From positions 181,550-245,549 of the forward strand of contig CAVWAP010000004.1 of the NCBI GenBank assembly GCA_963753055.1: a stretch of DNA of 64,000 nt. The letters run 5' to 3'. Shown here in pieces: positions 1-9,075 of this stretch. The notes under the pieces were generated by a model. It was not told the origin of the DNA. It was given only the letters and a program-made list of their open reading frames with translations, and did no database searches. Every line of letters begins with the position of its first letter. Position 1 is the first letter of the stretch. A program made the position numbers and the translations under genes. Origin of the DNA: an uncultured Bacteroidales bacterium. GTDB lineage: Bacteria > Bacteroidota > Bacteroidia > Bacteroidales > B18-G4.

Positions 1-115
1 ACCTCCTGGAACGATTTGTTCCCATTGGGATAGCTAATTTATGTAATGGTGGGATGGCATCCCAGGTAAATAAATACTAACTTTGCCTCCAAACACATTA
101 TAAATCAATCCTTTC

Positions 116-1159
116 ATGGCTGAAGAAAAAGAAAAACGAACGGAATTATCAGATTTGGGTGAATTTGGACTGATTGACCTGCTGACTAAGCATATAATAA
201 TAAAGCAACCCGGAACGGTTAAGGGGGTTGGGGATGATGCCGCCGTTATTGATATTAAGGATAAACTGACACTGGTCTCAACGGACCTTTTAATTGAAGG
301 GGTGCACTTCGATATGACCTATACTCCCCTGAGGCACCTTGGATATAAATCTGCTGTGGTGAACATCTCAGATATCATTGCCATGAATGGCGTTCCTACA
401 CAGATCACCGTTAGCATCTCGGTGTCAAACAGGTATTCCCTTGAAGCATTGGAGGAGCTGTACAGCGGTGTTATGCTTGCCTGTGAAAAGTATAATGTTG
501 ACCTGGTAGGTGGTGACACTACAACAAGTCTTCATGGCCTATTCATCTCTGTGACTGCAATAGGAGAAGTTGAAAGAGATAATGTTGTCTACCGTGATAC
601 AGCAAATAAAGGTGACCTGATCTGTGTTTCCGGTGACCTGGGTGCTGCCTATATGGGATTGATGATACTGGAAAGGGAAAAAGTGGCTTTTAAAGGTGAC
701 CCAAACATGCAACCGGACCTGCAGGGTAATGAATATGTTCTCGAAAGGCAACTTAAACCTGAAGCCCGCCAGGATATCCTGAAGATGCTGGATGGCATCA
801 AGGTCAAACCAACCGCTATGATAGATATCTCAGATGGCCTGGCCTCCGACATAATGCATATATGCAAAGGCTCAGATCTGGGCTGTAAGATTTATGAAGA
901 TAAGCTGCCTGTCAGCCAGGAGGTTAAGAGGGTGGCAATGGACTTTAACATCAGTGCCGCCACAGCGGCACTGAACGGTGGTGAGGATTATGAACTCTTA
1001 TTCACCATTGCCCAGGAAGATTTTGAAAAGGTAAAAGATGTAATGGGCATCTCTGTGATCGGTCATATGACTGACCCGGCAGAAGGGATGAATCTTGTAA
1101 CTGATACTGGTAGCCAGATGGAACTTAAAGCCCAGGGTTGGGATGGCCTCAAAAACTAG
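116..1159 (+). CDS. thiL: thiamine-monophosphate kinase
   Basis: 347-aa ORF with PurM/AIR-synthase-like layout. Motifs 'VGDDAAVIDI', 'DLLIEGVHF' and 'GGEDYELLFT' are typical of ThiL. Confidence 0.85.
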   Translation: MAEEKEKRTELSDLGEFGLIDLLTKHIIIKQPGTVKGVGDDAAVIDIKDKLTLVSTDLLIEGVHFDMTYTPLRHLGYKSAVVNISDIIAMNGVPTQITVSISVSNRYSLEALEELYSGVMLACEKYNVDLVGGDTTTSLHGLFISVTAIGEVERDNVVYRDTANKGDLICVSGDLGAAYMGLMILEREKVAFKGDPNMQPDLQGNEYVLERQLKPEARQDILKMLDGIKVKPTAMIDISDGLASDIMHICKGSDLGCKIYEDKLPVSQEVKRVAMDFNISAATAALNGGEDYELLFTIAQEDFEKVKDVMGISVIGHMTDPAEGMNLVTDTGSQMELKAQGWDGLKN

Positions 1160-2954
1160 CGATAATATAAGTGCATTAGTGAAAGTGCTTCCCGGCAAGC
1201 CTGGTGTATATCAGTTCTATGACAGGGAGGGCAGGGTAATTTATATTGGGAAGGCCAAGCACCTGAGAAAGCGCGTTGCATCCTACTTTAACAAGGACCA
1301 ATCGGCCAGTGGGAAACTCAAACTGCTGGTTAAAAAGATTGCAGATATCAAACACATCGTGGTTGAATCGGAAATGGATGCCTTCCTGCTTGAAAATAAC
1401 CTCATCAAGAAATACCAACCCAGGTACAATGTCATGCTGAAAGATGACAAGACCTTCCCATGGATTTGTATCAAGAATGAGCCATTCCCAAGAATCATTT
1501 CAACCCGGAACGTAATTCAGGATGGCTCCCAATACTTTGGCCCTTACGCTTCAGTCAGAATGATGAATACCCTGCTGGAGCTGATCAGACAACTGTATCC
1601 GCTCAGAAACTGCAAGCTCAGGCTGAGCGAAGAAAATATTAAGAAAAAGAAATTCAAGGTTTGCCTGGAGTACCACATTGGTAATTGCAAAGGTCCGTGC
1701 GAGGGGCTGCAAAGCAGTGAAGAATACGATCAATCCATCAAGAATATCAAAGAGATCATCAAAGGCAATATCCATAATGTCATTACTGAACTTAAAAGCC
1801 GTATGATGACTTATGCCGATGATCTAAGCTTTGAAAGGGCACATGTGATCAAGGAGAAGCTTGAACTCCTGCAGAACTACCGGAGCAAATCTACAGTTGT
1901 TAATCCTTCAATCAATAATGTTGATATCTTTTCAATCATAACAGATGATGAAGCTGGTTATGTTAATTATATGAAGGTGGTTCAAGGTGCTATAGTCCAG
2001 GCTCATACGGTTGAAATGAAAAAGAAGCTGGATGAACCTGACGACCAATTGCTTTCTTATGCTGTGACAGATCTGCGCCAGCGTTTCAACAGTGATTCCA
2101 ATGAAATCATCGTTCCGATTAAGCTGAATGTTGAATTTCCAGACATCAAGATCACCATCCCACACCGAGGCAATAAAAAGCATCTGCTTGAACTTTCGGA
2201 AAGAAATGCTAATTACTATAGGCTGGAAAAATTAAAGGCCCAGTCTATGGTCGACCCGGAGCGGCACACTAAACGGATCCTTGAGCAAATGCAAAAGGAC
2301 TTACGAATGAATGAAAAACCTGGCATTATTGAATGCTTTGACAATTCTAATATCCAGGGAACCCATCCCGTAGCGGCCATGGTGAGGTTTACAAATGTTA
2401 AACCGGATAAAAAAGAGTACAGGCATTTCAATATTCTTACAGTGGAAGGGCCCGACGATTATGCTTCCATGGAAGAGATCGTTTACAGGCGATATAAAAG
2501 ACTCCTCAGTGAAGGAAAACCACTTCCCCAACTTATCATAGTTGATGGAGGTAAGGGACAGCTCAGTGCTGCTTTAAAAAGCATTGACAAGCTTGGCTTA
2601 AGAGGGAAAATTACACTAATAGGCATTGCCAAGAAACTTGAAGAAATTTATTTCCCCAAAGACTCCATACCGCTGTACCTGGATAAAAAGTCAGAGACCT
2701 TAAAGGTTATCCAAAATCTTAGGGACGAGGCACATCGCTTTGGGATAACACATCACCGTAAGAAAAGAGATATAAAAACTATAAAATCTGTTCTTACCGA
2801 CATAAATGGTGTTGGATATGAAACTGCCCAAAAATTACTTTGGAAGTTTAAATCAGTAAAAAAAATCAAACAGGCACCACTGGAGGACCTCCAGCAAGTA
2901 ATTGGCAAAGCCAAGGGCTTGATTGTCCATGATTTCTTTAAAAAGCAATCATAA
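1143..2954 (+). CDS. uvrC: excinuclease ABC subunit C
   Basis: 603 aa. GIY-YIG N-terminus 'PGVYQFYDREGRVIYIGKAKHLRKRV', central UvrC region, and C-terminal helix-hairpin-helix 'INGVGYETAQKLL'. Overlaps thiL by 17 nt. Confidence 0.95.
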   Translation: MASKTSDNISALVKVLPGKPGVYQFYDREGRVIYIGKAKHLRKRVASYFNKDQSASGKLKLLVKKIADIKHIVVESEMDAFLLENNLIKKYQPRYNVMLKDDKTFPWICIKNEPFPRIISTRNVIQDGSQYFGPYASVRMMNTLLELIRQLYPLRNCKLRLSEENIKKKKFKVCLEYHIGNCKGPCEGLQSSEEYDQSIKNIKEIIKGNIHNVITELKSRMMTYADDLSFERAHVIKEKLELLQNYRSKSTVVNPSINNVDIFSIITDDEAGYVNYMKVVQGAIVQAHTVEMKKKLDEPDDQLLSYAVTDLRQRFNSDSNEIIVPIKLNVEFPDIKITIPHRGNKKHLLELSERNANYYRLEKLKAQSMVDPERHTKRILEQMQKDLRMNEKPGIIECFDNSNIQGTHPVAAMVRFTNVKPDKKEYRHFNILTVEGPDDYASMEEIVYRRYKRLLSEGKPLPQLIIVDGGKGQLSAALKSIDKLGLRGKITLIGIAKKLEEIYFPKDSIPLYLDKKSETLKVIQNLRDEAHRFGITHHRKKRDIKTIKSVLTDINGVGYETAQKLLWKFKSVKKIKQAPLEDLQQVIGKAKGLIVHDFFKKQS

Positions 2955-2982
2955 TGCCTGGTAGATTGCTTCACACCTGGGT

Positions 2983-3195
2983 TTATTCTCCCCTGAACTT
3001 AAATGAAAGATTGATCTTGGTCCTGTAGGCTACAACTTTGCCGTCTTCCAGCTTCAGGTCCATTTTAGTAACTTCTGCAATACGAAGGTCATCAAGTGAT
3101 TTGTTTGCCCTGTCGATTGCTGACCTGGCTGCGTCTTCCCATGATACTTCACTGGTTCCAATGATTTCAATTACTTTATAGATACTGTCATTCAT
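2983..3195 (-). CDS. dodecin family (flavin-binding) protein
   Basis: 70-aa ORF 'YKVIEIIGTSEVSWEDAARSAIDRANKSLDDLRIAEV...' matches the size and pattern of dodecin/DUF1458 proteins. Confidence 0.75.
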   Translation of the reverse strand: MNDSIYKVIEIIGTSEVSWEDAARSAIDRANKSLDDLRIAEVTKMDLKLEDGKVVAYRTKINLSFKFRGE

Positions 3196-3252
3196 AATTC
3201 CTCCTTTGCTAATGGTTTAATACATACTATCAAATTTAATAAAATATTTTTT

Positions 3253-3260
3253 TACTTTTG
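3253..3260 (+). promoter_or_regulatory. candidate Bacteroidota -7 promoter box (TAnnTTTG)
   Basis: 'TACTTTTG' lies 30 nt upstream of the ATG at 3291 in an AT-rich spacer. No clear -33 TTTG partner. Confidence 0.35.
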
Positions 3261-3290
3261 GTCAGACAATAACCCACCAAACCAAATATC

Positions 3291-6200
3291 ATGAAATTAA
3301 ACCTACGAAAAATTAAAAATTTGTTTACCGGTCTTCTCGTGCTGGCACTATTAATCTCAACTGTAACTGTTGATGCCCAAAAGAAGAAAAAGGACACCAA
3401 AAGTGAAAATGACACCATAAAATCAAGTATGGTGAGTGGATTGAAATGGAGGAGCATTGGTCCTGCATTAACTTCCGGCAGAATTGCTGATTTTGCTGTT
3501 AACCCTTGTAATCCGAGCGAATACTTTGTGGCTGTTGCTTCCGGTCATATTTGGAAGACAATAAATAAGGGTACTACCTTCTCTCCTGTATTTGATAAAT
3601 ACGGTGCTTACTCAATTGGTTGCCTGGCAATGGACCCAAATAATCACCATGTCATATGGGCTGGTACTGGTGAGAACAACCACCAGCGTGCTATTGGCTA
3701 TGGTGATGGTGTATATAAATCAATCGACGGGGGAAAATCATGGAAAAATATGGGATTGAAAGATTCCCGTCAGATTGGTAAGATACTGATTGATCCAAGA
3801 AATTCTGATGTAGTTTATGTTGCAGCCGAAGGTTCTATCTGGGGGCCTGGCGGTGATCGCGGACTTTATAAGACCACCGATGGTGGCAAGAACTGGGAGA
3901 AAGTCCTGGAGATAAGTGAGAATACAGGGATCAACGATATGGTCATGGACCCAAGGGACCCTGATTTGATCTATGCTTCTTCCGAGCAAAGAAGACGCCA
4001 TGTACATACCAAGATCGGCGGTGGACCGGAAACAGCTATCTATAAGACCACTGATGGTGGTGAGAATTGGGATAAGCTCAAATCAGGCCTTCCTTCAGGC
4101 GACGTAGGTGGCATTGGCCTGGCTATCTCACCTGTCAATCCTGATGTAGTATACGCTATTATTGAAGCATCCGGAAAATCCGGAGGTTTCTACAGGACTA
4201 CAAACAGGGGTGCCTCATGGAGCAAGATGAGCGATCATCATTCCAGCGGGCAGTATTATAATGAGATCTATTGCGACCCTAAGAATGTGGATAAAGTATA
4301 TTCCGTTGAAACGATCACCCATTTCACCCTCGATGCTGGTAAAACATGGTCTCGCCTGAGCAACAACGGTCGCCACGTTGATGATCATGCTTTGTGGATC
4401 GACCCTGCTGATACTGACCATTTCCTGATCGGTGGTGATGGTGGAGTCTATGAGTCGTACGATGGTGGCAAGAATTACAAATTCATGAGCAACCTGCCTG
4501 TCACACAGTTTTATCGTGTGAACGTTGATAATACCCTGCCATTTTACTGGGTCTACGGTGGCACACAGGACAATAACAGCCTTGGTGGGCCTTCACAAAG
4601 CACCAGTTCTGCAGGCGTCTCCAGCTATGACTGGATCGTTACCCTTGGGGGAGATGGATTTTTCCAGGCCATTGAGCCGGATAACCCTGATATCGTCTAC
4701 TCTGCATATCAGTATGGTAATATCTCCCGATATGATAAAAAGAGCGGGGAAAGGCTCAGTATCAAGCCGCAACCCCGTAAAGGTGAAGATACATACAAAT
4801 GGAACTGGAATACACCATTCAAGATCAGCCCCCATTCTGGCACACGCTTGTATATGGGCGCCAATAAATTGTTCCGGAGCGATGACCGTGGCAACAGCTG
4901 GAATGTGATCAGTGAAGACCTGACCCATCAAAAGGACAGGAACTCCTGGCCGGTCATGGGCCGCTATTGGGGCGTCGACGCTGTCGCAAAAGACGTGTCT
5001 ACCTCACTCTATGGAACCATGGTTTCGCTGGCTGAATCACCTGTGAAAGAAGATCTTATCTATGTTGGTATGGATGATGGCATGATTCAGGTCACTGAAG
5101 ATGCCGGCCAGAACTGGAGGAAGATTCCTTCAATTGCCGGCGTACCGGACTACACCTATGTAAGTGATATATACCCTTCCAGGTATGATGAAAATATCGT
5201 CTTCGCCTCATTTGATAACAGGAAGCGGGATGACTTCAAGCCATATATCATGAAGAGTACAGATAAAGGAAACACCTGGACATCCATCTCCGGAAACCTT
5301 CCTGAAAATGGTTCGGTGCATACTATAGAACAGGACCATGTGAACCCTGACCTGCTGTTTGTTGGAACTGAATTTGGTGCTTTCTTCAGCATCGACGGAG
5401 GTAAGATCTGGGCTCAGCTGAAGTCTGGAATCCCGACCATCTCTGTGAAGGATATGGTCATCCAGGAAAGGGAAAATGACCTAGTCCTTGCTACCTTTGG
5501 AAGGGGCTTCTATATCCTTGATGATTATACTCCACTGCGCACATTAAGCAAGGAAGTCCTTGATAAGAAGGCACATGTCTTCCCTATTAAAGATGCATTA
5601 ATGTATGTTCAAAGCAGAGGCTATTACGGTCAGGGTGCAACATATTTCACCTCCAAAAACCCTCCTTTCGGTGCAACGATCACTTACTATATCAAGGATG
5701 TTCCAAAAACCCTCAAACAGGAACGTCAGAAGGAGGAGAAAAAACTTGTAAAGGATAAGAAACCCATACCTATTCCTACCATGGATGAGTTACGTGCCGA
5801 AGAGGATGAAATTGCTCCTTACCTGATTTTTACTATTCTTGATGAAGACAAAAATGTTGTAAAGAAGATCACCAAGAAGCCTTCGAAAGGAATAAACAGG
5901 CTGATATGGAACCTGCGCTACGCAAGCACCCGGCCTGTCCGCATCCGTGATAATAAATATAATCCATTATCAAGTGGTGGTGATGGCATGTTTGCGATGC
6001 CAGGTAAGTATTATGTGACAATTTCTCAATACTATCGCGACAGCATTTCAGAGCTCGTCGGGCCCCAGGAAATCAATGCTATGGTCCTGCAAAACACAAC
6101 CCTGCCGGCAGAAAACCGTGCAGAACTGGTTGCCTTTCAGGATAAAGTAGCTGATCTTGCAAGAGCTGTTTATGGTGCAGAGAATGCCACAGATGATCTG

Positions 6201-6596
6201 ATGGAGAAGGTTCAGTATATCAAGCAGGCAGTACAACAATCACCAGACCTGCCAGATGCCTTACTGTTCAGGGCTTCACAGATAGAAGTTGAACTGGATG
6301 AAATATTATGGGCATTCAATGGACAAAGGGCCAAGGCAAGCCGTGAAGAAAACTGGCCGGCACCACCTAGCCTCAACCAGAGGATGGGATACCTGGCTTA
6401 TTCCCATTGGAGTTCAACTGCAGGCATAACCCAGTCTCAAAAGGATGCTTATGAGATCCTTGCAGAGGAATTTCCACCCATCCTTGATAAGCTGAGAAAG
6501 ATTAAAAATATTGATCTGAAAACACTTGAGGATGAGCTGGAAGCTGCCGGTGCACCATGGACACCCGGTAGGATACCTGAATGGGATAGAGAATAA
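3291..6596 (+). CDS. secreted sortilin/VPS10-type BNR-repeat (tandem beta-propeller) protein, glycosidase-like
   Basis: 1101 aa with signal peptide 'LLVLALLISTVTVDAQ'. Carries many BNR/Asp-box repeats ('YKSIDGGKSW', 'YKTTDGGKNW', 'YKTTDGGENW', 'TLDAGKTW', 'SIDGGKIW'). No T9SS CTD. Confidence 0.75.
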   Translation: MKLNLRKIKNLFTGLLVLALLISTVTVDAQKKKKDTKSENDTIKSSMVSGLKWRSIGPALTSGRIADFAVNPCNPSEYFVAVASGHIWKTINKGTTFSPVFDKYGAYSIGCLAMDPNNHHVIWAGTGENNHQRAIGYGDGVYKSIDGGKSWKNMGLKDSRQIGKILIDPRNSDVVYVAAEGSIWGPGGDRGLYKTTDGGKNWEKVLEISENTGINDMVMDPRDPDLIYASSEQRRRHVHTKIGGGPETAIYKTTDGGENWDKLKSGLPSGDVGGIGLAISPVNPDVVYAIIEASGKSGGFYRTTNRGASWSKMSDHHSSGQYYNEIYCDPKNVDKVYSVETITHFTLDAGKTWSRLSNNGRHVDDHALWIDPADTDHFLIGGDGGVYESYDGGKNYKFMSNLPVTQFYRVNVDNTLPFYWVYGGTQDNNSLGGPSQSTSSAGVSSYDWIVTLGGDGFFQAIEPDNPDIVYSAYQYGNISRYDKKSGERLSIKPQPRKGEDTYKWNWNTPFKISPHSGTRLYMGANKLFRSDDRGNSWNVISEDLTHQKDRNSWPVMGRYWGVDAVAKDVSTSLYGTMVSLAESPVKEDLIYVGMDDGMIQVTEDAGQNWRKIPSIAGVPDYTYVSDIYPSRYDENIVFASFDNRKRDDFKPYIMKSTDKGNTWTSISGNLPENGSVHTIEQDHVNPDLLFVGTEFGAFFSIDGGKIWAQLKSGIPTISVKDMVIQERENDLVLATFGRGFYILDDYTPLRTLSKEVLDKKAHVFPIKDALMYVQSRGYYGQGATYFTSKNPPFGATITYYIKDVPKTLKQERQKEEKKLVKDKKPIPIPTMDELRAEEDEIAPYLIFTILDEDKNVVKKITKKPSKGINRLIWNLRYASTRPVRIRDNKYNPLSSGGDGMFAMPGKYYVTISQYYRDSISELVGPQEINAMVLQNTTLPAENRAELVAFQDKVADLARAVYGAENATDDLMEKVQYIKQAVQQSPDLPDALLFRASQIEVELDEILWAFNGQRAKASREENWPAPPSLNQRMGYLAYSHWSSTAGITQSQKDAYEILAEEFPPILDKLRKIKNIDLKTLEDELEAAGAPWTPGRIPEWDRE

Positions 6597-6611
6597 ACTT
6601 AAAATCATGTT

Positions 6612-6698
6612 CCATGTTCAATGTTCAATGTGCCATGTTCCATGTTCCAGGTAAATTAAATGGTACACGGTGCACGGTACGTTGAACATTGAACACGG
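6612..6698. repeat. imperfect 37-nt-arm inverted repeat built from ATGTTC(C/A) units; probable bidirectional terminator
   Basis: Left arm 6612-6648 is 'ccatgttcaatgttcaatgtgccatgttccatgttcc'. Right arm 6662-6698 is 'ggtacacggtgcacggtacgttgaacattgaacacgg'. 29/37 positions are complementary and 6 of 8 mismatches are transitions. It sits between convergent genes, with a T-run after it on the plus strand. Confidence 0.45.
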
Positions 6699-6714
6699 TA
6701 TATCGAAACTGGTT

Positions 6715-7086
6715 TTATTTTTTTCTCTTAAACTCTGGAATGATAAACCTTTGCCCTGGATAAATTAATTCCGGGTCCTGGATTTTATCTCGGTTGGCTT
6801 CATAAATACGGAACCACCCAATGGCTGTTCCATACTCTTTGCGCGCAATGTCCCATAACCATTCGCCGGACTTAACAACGTAAATCTTCGGCTCTGGCTT
6901 CCGGGCTTCAGGTTTCTTGTAAATGACTTTTTCCCTGGTGGTATCTATGCTTGGCTTGGCTTTTTTTATCGGTGCCTGCTCCTTTTCTGCTAAAGGTTCA
7001 GGAGCCTTTTCTTTGCATGAAAATAACAATCCAACAACAAGAATTATGACAATTAAATTTATAAGTTTGGAAAAGTTAATTTTCAT
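6715..7086 (-). CDS. LysM domain lipoprotein
   Basis: 123 aa. Lipoprotein signal 'VVGLLFSCKEK', a Lys/Pro/Glu-rich linker, and C-terminal LysM 'YVVKSGEWLWDIARKEYG...IYPGQRFIIP'. Confidence 0.75.
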   Translation of the reverse strand: MKINFSKLINLIVIILVVGLLFSCKEKAPEPLAEKEQAPIKKAKPSIDTTREKVIYKKPEARKPEPKIYVVKSGEWLWDIARKEYGTAIGWFRIYEANRDKIQDPELIYPGQRFIIPEFKRKK

Positions 7087-7203
7087 GTTGGAGTAAGTGC
7101 TTTAAGTAGTATGTAAAAGTAGAAAAAATTTGGTAAGATTAAATACTTACATTTATTTTGTTATTGAGAGAATACCCATGTTTTCATCAAAAAGTTTGAA
7201 GCT

Positions 7204-7836
7204 ATGTTCAAAGAAACAATTTCATTACCCGACTTCAGCCGTGTCACACTGAAGGGATTAGGAAATGTGTACCTGTCCATCGGTGATCAGCAATCATTTA
7301 GCATTGAATCTAACCAGGACCTGTCCAATAAGATTAAAACAGAGGTCTTTAATGATGAACTCATCATTTCTTTTCATGATATTTTTCCTGTCTGGCTGGT
7401 TACCATGCCCAAACTGGATTTTCATATCACCATGAAAGTTTTTACCGGCTGCAGAGTAACAGGAGTAGGTAAAATCATGAGCAAGAAAACCCTGACATGT
7501 GATAATGCCGAGATCGTTAATACTGGCGTTGGAGGAGTTCATGTCCATTTGAAAGCAAATAAGGTGAAGTGTATGCTTTCCGGTGTCGGAGAAATTACCC
7601 TCACGGGTGAAACAGAAATACTGGAGCTGGAATTATCAGGAACAGGCAAAGTTGATGCCTATAACCTGCTTACAAAGGATGCGGTGGTATCTTCAAGAGG
7701 AATTGGTGAATGTATTGTGAATGCTGAAGACAATTTAAAGATACATTCAAGCGGGATAGGGAACATCAAATACAAAGGCAACCCGAAAGTAGAAAGCACA
7801 CAGGGCGGACTGGGTGGTATTAAAAACATTCAATGA
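7204..7836 (+). CDS. DUF2807 / 'head GIN'-type putative adhesin-head beta-solenoid protein
   Basis: 210 aa with repeated 'GxG.I.L.G' rungs ('LKGLGNVYL', 'VTGVGKI', 'LSGVGEITLTG', 'LSGTGKVDA', 'SSGIGNIKYKG'). No signal peptide from this start. An in-frame TGA at 7165-7167 blocks upstream extension. Confidence 0.55.
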   Translation: MFKETISLPDFSRVTLKGLGNVYLSIGDQQSFSIESNQDLSNKIKTEVFNDELIISFHDIFPVWLVTMPKLDFHITMKVFTGCRVTGVGKIMSKKTLTCDNAEIVNTGVGGVHVHLKANKVKCMLSGVGEITLTGETEILELELSGTGKVDAYNLLTKDAVVSSRGIGECIVNAEDNLKIHSSGIGNIKYKGNPKVESTQGGLGGIKNIQ

Positions 7837-7904
7837 GTCCCGAACAAAAGGAGAAGACGAAGGAAAAATTCCAGGAAAAATTCAACCCTCATCTCCAATA
7901 ATAT

Positions 7905-7912
7905 TACATTTG
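7905..7912 (+). promoter_or_regulatory. candidate -7 promoter box (TAnnTTTG) for the RND efflux operon
   Basis: 'TACATTTG' lies 30 nt upstream of the ATG at 7943. Confidence 0.35.
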
Positions 7913-7942
7913 CTCCACGTATTTAGTCAAATTTGACAGATC

Positions 7943-9061
7943 ATGAGAAAAACCTTAATTGTCGTCCTGATTATCGCCATTCTTGGAATAGGATTCCTGC
8001 TGATGTGGTACTTTTCAGGCCTGAAAGAAACACCTGCCCAGCAAGAGCTTGCTGAGATCACCAGGAAAGTGCAGGTTGCCGAGGTAAAATATTCCGGTGT
8101 CAATTCTTCGATTATGTCCACAGGAAGGCTTGGTTCAATGAGATATATTGATGTCATATCCGAAGTGCAGGGTGAAATACTTCCTGGTGGCATCTCTTTA
8201 AAAAAAGGCCAGCGCTTCAAGAAAGGGGACCTGCTGGTAAGGATCTATGACAAGGAAATGGATTTCAACCTGAAAGCAGCAAAAAGCAAGTTCCTGAACG
8301 GCATAGCTAACATTCTGCCGGATTTTAAATACGATTTTCCTGATGAATATCCCCTGGTTAAACAGTTCTTTGATGATATCCAGATAGACCAGCCATTGCC
8401 TGATTTGCCTAAAATTAACTCTGAGAAGGTCAGGATATTCCTGGCTTCCAGGAATATCCTGAATGATTATTTTACCATTAAAGGCATTGAGATAAAATTA
8501 TACAAGCACTGGATCTATGCACCGTTCGACGGTACTTTAACAGATGTGATGCTGGAGGTTGGTTCTATTGCCAATCCAGGTAGCCGCATTGCCCGGATCA
8601 TCAGTACAGAACGCCTGGAACTGGAAGTGCCTGTGGAGGTTAAAGATATTCCATGGATCAAGGTCAATCAAGAGGTACAGCTTTTTTCAGAAGATGAGAG
8701 CATGAAATGGAATGGGATTGTGAACAGGGTTGCCGACTTTGTCGATCCGAATACTCAATCTGTCAGTGTCTTTGTGAGGGTTATCCCAGCTTCAAATCAA
8801 CCTCTTTATGAAGGCCAGTATCTTAGGGCTTATTTTAATGGAAAAATGATTGAAAAAGCAATGGAGATTCCAAGGCGTGCCGTTTTTAATGCGAATGAAG
8901 TCTTTGTGGTTCAGGATGGATCACTCAAGAAATCTATCATCAATGTTATCAAAGTGAACCAGGAGACGCTTGTTTTTGACGGATTAAACGAAGGCACTAT
9001 ACTGGTTACAGAGCCGCTTGCCGGGGCCGCAGAAGGAACCAAAGTTGAGGTATCACTGTAA
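7943..9061 (+). CDS. efflux RND transporter periplasmic adaptor subunit (HlyD/MFP family)
   Basis: 372 aa with an N-terminal membrane anchor and barrel-sandwich/beta-barrel pattern ('APFDGTLTDV', 'VFVVQDGSLKK'). First gene of the adaptor-pump-TolC operon. Confidence 0.85.
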   Translation: MRKTLIVVLIIAILGIGFLLMWYFSGLKETPAQQELAEITRKVQVAEVKYSGVNSSIMSTGRLGSMRYIDVISEVQGEILPGGISLKKGQRFKKGDLLVRIYDKEMDFNLKAAKSKFLNGIANILPDFKYDFPDEYPLVKQFFDDIQIDQPLPDLPKINSEKVRIFLASRNILNDYFTIKGIEIKLYKHWIYAPFDGTLTDVMLEVGSIANPGSRIARIISTERLELEVPVEVKDIPWIKVNQEVQLFSEDESMKWNGIVNRVADFVDPNTQSVSVFVRVIPASNQPLYEGQYLRAYFNGKMIEKAMEIPRRAVFNANEVFVVQDGSLKKSIINVIKVNQETLVFDGLNEGTILVTEPLAGAAEGTKVEVSL

Positions 9062-9075
9062 AATCTTGACATCCC

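Noticed and set aside
1-115. A TPP riboswitch or other leader RNA upstream of thiL.
   Set aside because: The region is too short, and I see no conserved TPP-aptamer core (for example the CUGAGA box). Only a weak 5-bp hairpin is present.
4525-4931. Overlapping 112-127-aa ORFs on both strands inside the 3291-6596 gene, and similar nested ORFs elsewhere in the track.
   Set aside because: They are embedded in a long gene with clear family motifs in its own frame. Their translations are compositionally odd and lack any recognisable motif.
7204-7836. The DUF2807-like gene as an N-terminally truncated pseudogene, because it lacks a signal peptide.
   Set aside because: The ORF is otherwise intact, and an in-frame stop lies 37 nt upstream. 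Without homolog comparison, truncation cannot be told apart from a genuinely leaderless protein.
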